Source: an uncultured Planctomycetia bacterium (lineage in GTDB: Bacteria > Omnitrophota > Gorgyraeia > JABMRN01 > RBG-13-46-9). Taken from it: a DNA stretch of 64,000 bases. Position 1 is the stretch's first letter; each line of letters begins with the position of its first letter. The translations under genes were made by a program, and so were the position numbers. The notes under the pieces are model-generated. The model ran no database searches. It was given only the letters and a program-made list of their open reading frames with translations, and was not told the origin of the DNA. Below are positions 57,487-64,000 of the stretch, piece by piece. Where the stretch lies: positions 31,444-95,443 of the forward strand of contig CAYTQI010000001.1 in the NCBI GenBank assembly GCA_964440235.1, in the 5' to 3' direction.

Positions 57487-60285
57487 TTAGCTGCCGTAGT
57501 TTTCCTTAAACTCCTCGATTATCTTTTCCATCCGCATTTCCCGCGAACCCTTTACCAGTACCACATCGCCCGGTTTCGCGGTTTTTTTCAAAAATCCGGC
57601 CGCCTCGCCCCGGGTCGCGGCGTGAAAAAGAACTTTTACGCCTTTTTGCGCGGCTGTCCGGTTTGTGAATTTCGAGAGCGCCCCAAGCGTTATCAGGACT
57701 TCCGCGGGGCTTTTCGCGATCGCCCTGCCCAGGCCTTCATGCATGGCCTTTGCCCTCGGGCCCAGTTCGAGCATGTCACCGCTTACGATAATTTTTTTTC
57801 CCGCTGTGCGGCAATCAGCGAGCGCTTCTATCGCGGCGGCCATGGAAGAAGGATTCGAATTATAGCTGTCATCCATTATTTTTATGCCCCGCACTTTTTT
57901 CAATTCGAGCCGCATCGGGCATTTTTGCCTGAACGACTTTATTCTTCGGCTGATAAGCTTCAGGCTGATTTTAAATTGCCGCCCTACCGCGATCGCTGCC
58001 AGAGCGTTATAAATGTTATGCCTACCCGGAAGGCCAAGCTCAAAAACCTCTTTCCCCACCAAAAACCGCCACCCGTTTTTTCCGCGCGCGGGATTCACGG
58101 CCCTGAAATCGCATTTTTCATCGATTCCAAAATAAGCCCTCTGGCACCCAAAACCCCTTAGTCCTTTCAGGTAAGCGTCATCCCTGTTCAATATTGCGGT
58201 GCCACGCGCAGGTAAATTATTTAAAAGTTCCTTCTTGGCCCCGCATATATTGCGTATGCTTCCTAAAAATCCTATGTGCGCCGGGCCTATGTTAGTGATT
58301 ACCCCGATATCCGGCTTCGCGATTTTGCACAACGCGTCAATCTCGCCGGCGTGATTCATCCCCATCTCAAGCACGCAAACCCGGTGCCTCTTGTTAAGCT
58401 TAATCAGCGTAAGGGGAAGGCCAACGAAACTATTGTTTGAATTTTCGCTTTTGAGCACATTATATTTTGCCGAGAGAACATGCGCGATCATCTCTTTCGC
58501 TGTTGTTTTACCGGTTGAACCGGAAACAGCGACTACGGGAATGTTAAATTTCCGTCTGCGCGCACGGGCGATATCGCCCAAAGTTTTTACGGTATTTTTA
58601 ACTTTTATAATTTTACCTTGCGGCGCCGATTCGCCGCCCTCTGAGACGACCGCCGAAAACGCGCCTTTGTCAAAGGCCTTTTCAAGAAAATCGTGGCCAT
58701 TAAACCGTCTGCCTTTTATGGCCAGAAATATCTCGCCTTTCTTTATCGTCCGCGAATCCGTGGATATCAGGCAGGCTTTTTCCGTAAGGCCCTTTATTGT
58801 TCCGCTCTCCGCGCCGCGGCGTCTTCTCCTCATCAATATATCCTCCGCGGCCTTTTTATCGTCGAATGGTATCTTTCTGCTTCCTATTATCTGCGTTTTC
58901 TCATGCCCCTTACCGGCTATCAGCAGTATATCCCCTTTTCCGGTTTTTTCCACGGCCATTTTTATGGCCTCATACCTATCATGCATAACGCAGTAATTTC
59001 GTTTTTTCTCACGCATCCCTTTTAAAATTTCACGGGTTATTCCCGCAGGGTTTTCATTCCGCGGATTGTCGTCGGTCAATATCACAAAATCGGAAAACTT
59101 CTGCGCGGCCTCCCCCATAAGGGGCCTCTTTCCCCTGTCTCTATCCCCGCCGCAGCCGAAAACCGTAATAATTTTCCCGTGATTAACGCGCTTTAGAAAT
59201 TTTAGGACATTTTCCAGGGCGTTATGCGTATGGGCGTAATCCACAAAAACCCTGAACGTCCGGGATCCCTTTACCGGCTCAAGCCTGCCGGGAACGCGCT
59301 TAACGTTCTCAATCCCTTTCTTTATCGCCCCGGCGCTTAGCCCTTGTGCCGTTGCCACAGCGGCGGCCGCGAGAATATTCGAAATATTATGCAAACCCAC
59401 CAGAGATGTTCTGACAGCGATCTGGGGCTTATTCAGGATCTTAAGCGTAAAAGATGATCCATCCGCTCCCGCTTTAAGAATTTTCGCGCTGATATCCGCG
59501 CTTTTGTTAAAACCGTACCTGATTATTCTGTGGTTTTTTATTTTTTTCGCGCACAACGCGGAGAATTTTTCGTCCGCGTTGAGAACCGCGGCTCCGCCTT
59601 TTTTGAGGTTATCGAAAATCCTTGCTTTACTCGCGAGATAACGTTCTGCGGTCCCGTGGTAATCAAGGTGTTCACGCGTGAGGTTTGTAAAAACCGCCGT
59701 GTCAAAATAAATATTACCGGCCCTTTTCTGGTCAAGGGCATGGCTTGAAACTTCCATAACAGCCGCTTTAAGGCCGTTCCTGAGCATTCTATTCAACAGC
59801 CGGTTCAACTCAAGAGTCCCCGGGGTAGTCCTCGCGGCGGGCATGCCGCGGGCGCCTGTCCTGTACTCTATGGTTCCGATCAGGCCGCACGGAATACGAG
59901 AGGCCTTGAATATGCTTTTTATCAAAAGCGACGTTGTTGTCTTCCCGTTTGTCCCGGTTATTCCGACAACTGTGAGTTTTTTCGATGGTGAACGGTAAAA
60001 ATTGCCGGCCGCTTGTAAAAGCGCCTCCCGTGTATCCGCGGCCTCAATAATGTTTTTCCCTCTTCGCGGCAGGCGTTTTTTCGCGTCCACAATAACTGCC
60101 GCGGCGCCGGCCGCAAGCGCCCTGTTTACGAATTTATGCCCGTCATGCTTGAACCCGGTAACCGCGATAAAAAGGCATCCTTTTTTCACACGCCTGGAAT
60201 CATCCGTAACACAGGATATGCCGGTTCCGGCGAGACGGGAAGGTATTTTTAAGGGCAACCCCTCAAGAACCTTTTTTAGTTTCAC
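57487..60285 (-). CDS. murEF: Fused MurE-MurF ligase (932 aa)
   Basis: MurE half: GTNGKTT, MEVSSH, DNPR, GKGHE. MurF half: TDSR, GSTGKTT, EMGMNH, DSYNSNP, KGSR. Confidence 0.95.
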   Translation of the reverse strand: MKLKKVLEGLPLKIPSRLAGTGISCVTDDSRRVKKGCLFIAVTGFKHDGHKFVNRALAAGAAAVIVDAKKRLPRRGKNIIEAADTREALLQAAGNFYRSPSKKLTVVGITGTNGKTTTSLLIKSIFKASRIPCGLIGTIEYRTGARGMPAARTTPGTLELNRLLNRMLRNGLKAAVMEVSSHALDQKRAGNIYFDTAVFTNLTREHLDYHGTAERYLASKARIFDNLKKGGAAVLNADEKFSALCAKKIKNHRIIRYGFNKSADISAKILKAGADGSSFTLKILNKPQIAVRTSLVGLHNISNILAAAAVATAQGLSAGAIKKGIENVKRVPGRLEPVKGSRTFRVFVDYAHTHNALENVLKFLKRVNHGKIITVFGCGGDRDRGKRPLMGEAAQKFSDFVILTDDNPRNENPAGITREILKGMREKKRNYCVMHDRYEAIKMAVEKTGKGDILLIAGKGHEKTQIIGSRKIPFDDKKAAEDILMRRRRRGAESGTIKGLTEKACLISTDSRTIKKGEIFLAIKGRRFNGHDFLEKAFDKGAFSAVVSEGGESAPQGKIIKVKNTVKTLGDIARARRRKFNIPVVAVSGSTGKTTAKEMIAHVLSAKYNVLKSENSNNSFVGLPLTLIKLNKRHRVCVLEMGMNHAGEIDALCKIAKPDIGVITNIGPAHIGFLGSIRNICGAKKELLNNLPARGTAILNRDDAYLKGLRGFGCQRAYFGIDEKCDFRAVNPARGKNGWRFLVGKEVFELGLPGRHNIYNALAAIAVGRQFKISLKLISRRIKSFRQKCPMRLELKKVRGIKIMDDSYNSNPSSMAAAIEALADCRTAGKKIIVSGDMLELGPRAKAMHEGLGRAIAKSPAEVLITLGALSKFTNRTAAQKGVKVLFHAATRGEAAGFLKKTAKPGDVVLVKGSREMRMEKIIEEFKENYGS

Positions 60286-61966
60286 CTTTATCGCTTTCGA
60301 TTCCTAAATACGGCAGAATTTTTTCCATTATCCTTTTAAACGCGGGCGCCGCGACACGGCTCCCGAAATGCTCCCCTATGGGTTCATCCACGCAAACAAC
60401 AAGCGCCGCGCCCGACCCGTCGCTTGGCGCGAAACCCATGAAAGAACTTATGTATTTATTTTTGTAGTAACCGCCTTCGGGATTTACTTTTTCGGCGGTC
60501 CCGGTTTTGCCGCACGCGGTGAAATGCTCAAGCCCCGCCGGGATGCCGGTGCCTTTTTCAACGGCGCCCGCGAGCAATTCCTTAACCTTACGGGCGGTTT
60601 CCTTTGAAATTACCCTCCGCAGGGTTCCCGGCCCATTTTCTTTCACAGCAACTCCTTCTGCGTCAAGGATTTTTTTTACAACATATGGCCGCATCAAAAC
60701 GCCGTCGTTCGCGATAGCGCCGATGCACGCGGCAAGCTGCAGCGCCGTTACGGCAACGCCCTGCCCCATTGGTATCGTTGTCATATCAACATATGACCAT
60801 TCCGATAAATTCCGCACCAGGCCCGCGGCTTCACCCGGCAGATCGATGCCGGTGGTTTTGTTAAAATTAAAACGTTTTATGTATTCCGCCAGTTTCTCCC
60901 TGCCCAATTTGGCGGCTACCTTTGCGGTCCCGATATTACTTGACTTCTCTATTATCTGCCTGAATTTTAATGTACCATAAGGCCTGTAATCGTGCAACGT
61001 TCTTTTACCGATTTTGTAAGCCCCCTTCTCACAATAAAATTCGCTGTCAAAATCAACGACCCCCTCCTCAAGAGCCGCGGAGGCGGTCACTACCTTGAAA
61101 ACGCTCCCCGGCTCAAAAAAATCTGTTATCGCCCTGTTTTTCAACTCAGACATGCCTACTTCGGAAATATCATTTGGGTCAAACCAGGGGTAATTTGCCA
61201 TGCCTAAAATTTCCCCGGTCCGCGGATTAAGGGCCACTATGGAAATAGCCGCGGGCCGGTATTTTTTCGCGAGATGTTCCACCTCTTTCTCTATTATGTG
61301 TTGTATTACTTCGTCGATTGTAAGGACAACGCTTTTCCCCTCGCGTGCCGGCGCAAAATCCTTCTGGAAAGAAATGACTTCCCGCATCTTGGCGTCCCTC
61401 GAGGAAAGTCGCCATCCGGGTTCACCCTTAAGGTCCTTATCGCAATAAAGCTCTACCCCCTCCAGGCCTTCGTTATCGACGCCTGTCATGCCTAAAACAT
61501 GACAGGCGAGCTTTCCGCCCGGATAAAACCTCTTCGGCTCGTTCATCAGGCGCACGCCGCGGATATCCAGTTTTTCGATTTTATCCGCTGTTTCCTGTTC
61601 AACTTTCCTTTTCACCCAGGCGAAATAATTATTTTTATTTAATTTTCGCGCGAGACGCCCCTGATCGATACCGAGTTTTTTCGCTAGAATGAACGCGGTA
61701 TTTTTCTTATCGCTTATTAACCTGGGAATGGCATATACCGAAGGAGTATCCATATATATGGCCATCACCCTGCCCCGCCTGTCGTAAATATTGCCCCTTT
61801 GAGCCGGTAGCCTGACAAAAAACTTGTGCTGTTTTTCGGCAAGTTCCGAAAGCGGCTTACTGGACAATATCTGGATATATATGAGGCGGATAATAAGGGC
61901 CGCGAACAGAAAACAGAATACGATCAGAACGGAAAAGTGGCGGGTTTTACTAAAATTAATATGCAC
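60263..61966 (-). CDS. ftsI: Septal transpeptidase PBP3
   Basis: Motifs RGNIYDR, EPGSVFK, SSN and GKTGT. Confidence 0.94.
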   Translation of the reverse strand: MHINFSKTRHFSVLIVFCFLFAALIIRLIYIQILSSKPLSELAEKQHKFFVRLPAQRGNIYDRRGRVMAIYMDTPSVYAIPRLISDKKNTAFILAKKLGIDQGRLARKLNKNNYFAWVKRKVEQETADKIEKLDIRGVRLMNEPKRFYPGGKLACHVLGMTGVDNEGLEGVELYCDKDLKGEPGWRLSSRDAKMREVISFQKDFAPAREGKSVVLTIDEVIQHIIEKEVEHLAKKYRPAAISIVALNPRTGEILGMANYPWFDPNDISEVGMSELKNRAITDFFEPGSVFKVVTASAALEEGVVDFDSEFYCEKGAYKIGKRTLHDYRPYGTLKFRQIIEKSSNIGTAKVAAKLGREKLAEYIKRFNFNKTTGIDLPGEAAGLVRNLSEWSYVDMTTIPMGQGVAVTALQLAACIGAIANDGVLMRPYVVKKILDAEGVAVKENGPGTLRRVISKETARKVKELLAGAVEKGTGIPAGLEHFTACGKTGTAEKVNPEGGYYKNKYISSFMGFAPSDGSGAALVVCVDEPIGEHFGSRVAAPAFKRIMEKILPYLGIESDKGETKKGS

Positions 61967-62251
61967 TTACAATTTAAGATTCTCTTTTTGCAGTATGTTA
62001 TTTTTCTTGGGCATACAAAGGGCGATCGCCTTCACGCTAAGCGTGTTCTCGATTCTGCCGGGCAATTCAAGCCGAGAAAGATTATATACCAAACCCCGGT
62101 ATTGGTCAAGCAGCAAGGTTACTTCACAATCGTTTTTATTTATGAGAAAACTCGTCTTGAGCAGTTCTACCTGCTGGTGGGCGTAAAAAAGCGCGAATAC
62201 GGCGGAAAGCATTATACCGGCAATCGTTCGTATAAATTTTATTTTTCCCAT
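61967..62251 (-). CDS. ftsL: FtsL-like bitopic coiled-coil protein
   Basis: Single TM, heptad region and LELPGRIE; lies between rsmH and ftsI. Start could be 62251 or 62275. Confidence 0.7.
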   Translation of the reverse strand: MGKIKFIRTIAGIMLSAVFALFYAHQQVELLKTSFLINKNDCEVTLLLDQYRGLVYNLSRLELPGRIENTLSVKAIALCMPKKNNILQKENLKL

Positions 62252-62258
62252 AAACCTG

Positions 62259-63158
62259 CTACCCTGCTTTCTCAAAAACCCGCAATTTCGCGCTTCTGGA
62301 ACGCGGGTTTTCCCTTATCTCGTTTAATTCCGCCATAACCGGTTTTTTTGTGAGTATAGACCCCAGGCCGGCTTTCTTGAATTCCCTGAACCTGTTTTTC
62401 ACTATCCTGTCTTCCAGGGAATGAAATGAAATAACCGAAAGCCGCGCGGCCGGGCTCAAAAACTCTAAAACTTTCACAAGTGTCATTTCAAGATTTTCCA
62501 GTTCTTTATTTACCGCGATACGCAGCGCCTGAAATGTCCTCGTGGCCGGATGTATCCGCTGCGAACGGTAACGGTTCCCCAGGGCCTTTTTTATAAGATC
62601 CGCCAGTTCGCCTGTCGAGGCAATCGGCGCGTTTTTTCTTTGTTCAACAATAAAATTAACTACCCGCCTTGAGTATCTTTCCTGGCCGAAATCGCGGATG
62701 ATTCTTTCCAGGTCGCCCCGCTTAACCCTGTTTACTATGTCATAAGCCGATAAATTCTGTGAGCGGTCCATCCGCATGTCGAGTCGCCCGTCACGCTCAA
62801 AACTAAAACCGCGCTTCGGGTCCTCCAGCTGGTAGCTTGATATTCCCAGATCAAAAAGAGCCGCGTCAACTTTTTCGATACCCTGATTCCTCAAGACCGT
62901 GTCTAAATCCCTGAAATTAGACCGTATCAACCTGGCCCCGTTCAGGGGTATTCCTAAATTTTTCCCTGCGATTTCAAGCGATTTGTTATCCCTGTCGATT
63001 CCTATAAGCAGCCCGTCCGGCAGGATTTTTCGTAAAATATACCCGGCGTGCCCTCCGCAACCCACCGTGGCATCTAAAACTCTATAACCGTTTTTTAACC
63101 GCAAAAACCCGAGAACCTCTTCAACCATTACCGGTTTATGAAGGCTTGCCTTTTTCAT
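62259..63158 (-). CDS. rsmH: 16S rRNA C1402 methyltransferase
   Basis: Motifs HKPVM, DLGISS, HPATRTFQALRI, SFHSLED and NPRSRSAKLR. Confidence 0.97.
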   Translation of the reverse strand: MKKASLHKPVMVEEVLGFLRLKNGYRVLDATVGCGGHAGYILRKILPDGLLIGIDRDNKSLEIAGKNLGIPLNGARLIRSNFRDLDTVLRNQGIEKVDAALFDLGISSYQLEDPKRGFSFERDGRLDMRMDRSQNLSAYDIVNRVKRGDLERIIRDFGQERYSRRVVNFIVEQRKNAPIASTGELADLIKKALGNRYRSQRIHPATRTFQALRIAVNKELENLEMTLVKVLEFLSPAARLSVISFHSLEDRIVKNRFREFKKAGLGSILTKKPVMAELNEIRENPRSRSAKLRVFEKAG

Positions 63159-63312
63159 TCCCGGTTGAAAATTTGGATTTAAACTTATTGCTTTCGCTTT
63201 TTGCCCTGTGCATGCTAAGAGCGTTTTCCCTTCTGGCCCTTTCTATGATAAAAAGCGCTTCGTCAAAATAACTCCCTTCCCCTATTTTCCTCACGACATT
63301 AAACGTAAACAT
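63136..63312 (-). CDS. Small hypothetical protein (~58 aa) between mraZ and rsmH
   Basis: SD GAGAGGTG ends 6 nt before ATG 63312. The ORF fills the mraZ-rsmH gap and overlaps the rsmH start. Confidence 0.6.
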   Translation of the reverse strand: MFTFNVVRKIGEGSYFDEALFIIERARRENALSMHRAKSESNKFKSKFSTGNEKGKPS

Positions 63313-63338
63313 GGCCATCACCTCTCATTCTTTTTACC

Positions 63339-63779
63339 TTATTCCAGATCAATCAACTTTTCGGCAACATCCTCAAATGATTCTTTTGTCGCGCTGTAAA
63401 ACTCTCGCCATCTGTCCCTGCTCCAGATTTCAATCCGGTTTGAAACGCCGATCAAAATTATTTCTTTTTTAATATCGGCGTATTGCTTCAGGTATAACGG
63501 TATCAGGATCCTTCCCTGCTTGTCCGCGGCAACTTCGACAGCTCCGGAGAAAAAAAGACGGTTGAATTTTCTCGCTTCTCTTTTTGTAAAAGAAAGTGTC
63601 CTGAATTTCGACTCCTGTTGGCGCCATTCGTCTTCCGGGAACATAAAAAGGCACGTATCGAGCCCTCTGGTTACGTAAAATTTTTCTATGTAGTTTTCTT
63701 TGCTGGTTTCGCGGAATTTTGAGGGAATTATGATTCTGCCTTTTTTGTCAAGTTTATGTTCGTGTTCGCCGTAAAACAT
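63339..63779 (-). CDS. mraZ: Transcriptional regulator MraZ
   Basis: DKKGRIIIP and DKQGRILIP (two DxxGR repeats), and IEIWS. Confidence 0.97.
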   Translation of the reverse strand: MFYGEHEHKLDKKGRIIIPSKFRETSKENYIEKFYVTRGLDTCLFMFPEDEWRQQESKFRTLSFTKREARKFNRLFFSGAVEVAADKQGRILIPLYLKQYADIKKEIILIGVSNRIEIWSRDRWREFYSATKESFEDVAEKLIDLE

Positions 63780-63788
63780 TTCAACTCT

Positions 63789-63814
63789 CCACTTTACTCC
63801 ACTTCATACCACTT
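63789..63814 (-). promoter_or_regulatory. MraZ-binding repeats
   Basis: Three AAGTGG boxes at an exact 10-bp period (ccactt at 63789, 63799 and 63809) upstream of mraZ; a further GTGG lies in the promoter spacer. Confidence 0.85.
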
Positions 63815-63823
63815 CTGATATCA

Positions 63824-63852
63824 AATATACATCATTGAACCACCTTTGTCAA
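63824..63852 (-). promoter_or_regulatory. Sigma70 promoter of the dcw operon
   Basis: TTGACA-17 nt-TATATT. Confidence 0.7.
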
Positions 63853-64000
63853 GGCGGAATTTCTAACTTTTTTGTGTATTTTTGACGGCAGTGGAATTAT
63901 ACAACATCTGGTATGCGGTCAATGGTCTAGTAGCAAGGGATTGAGAGCGCGGCGTGTTAGAAAAAACATTAACCCCATTCCCGGATTGGATTAAAGTGGT

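Noticed and set aside
128-63087. Numerous plus-strand ORFs in the track (e.g. 2307-2906, 17476-18246, 22785-23429, 58391-58996)
   Set aside because: They are antisense shadows of well-identified minus-strand genes and show no recognisable motifs.
63900-64000. tRNA-like text (tggtctagtagcaagg)
   Set aside because: No acceptor stem, T-loop (GTTCGA) or cloverleaf could be built.

Overview
This 64 kb bacterial chromosomal segment has every credible gene on the minus strand. Gene content and pilin style suggest a PVC-superphylum organism, possibly Ca. Omnitrophota; that is an inference and cannot be verified here. In transcription order (right to left) the window contains: (1) a dcw cluster: mraZ, small ORF, rsmH, ftsL, ftsI, fused murE-murF, mraY, murD, ftsW, murG, murC, murB, ddl, ftsQ and a shortened ftsA, with no ftsZ after it; (2) yggS, proC, yggT, mtnP, pfkB, ileS, dksA/traR, lspA, lgt, an arginase-like gene, rluD, aroA and a GH3-family gene; (3) mreBCD-mrdA-rodA; (4) a ~23 kb type IV pilus region: a degenerate GGDEF sensor, pilT, a stand-alone MshEN protein, two pilB, pilC, a pilin, a TMTC-like glycosyltransferase, pilMNOPQ, an embedded RNase G, three minor pilins, an aspartyl protease and a second TMTC-like gene; (5) rplU, rpmA, obg, proB, proA, nadD, a 56-aa ORF, rsfS and the 5' part of argS. 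The strongest leads are an FtsA that appears to lack its FtsZ-binding subdomain 2B in a cluster without ftsZ, and an unannotated 56-aa ORF with strong expression signals that resembles the crenarchaeal chromatin protein CC1. Others are a split c-di-GMP/MshEN pilus motor module, a nested-domain minor pilin, and palindromic elements, one of them in-frame inside a gene. No rRNA, tRNA, CRISPR array or transposase was recognised.
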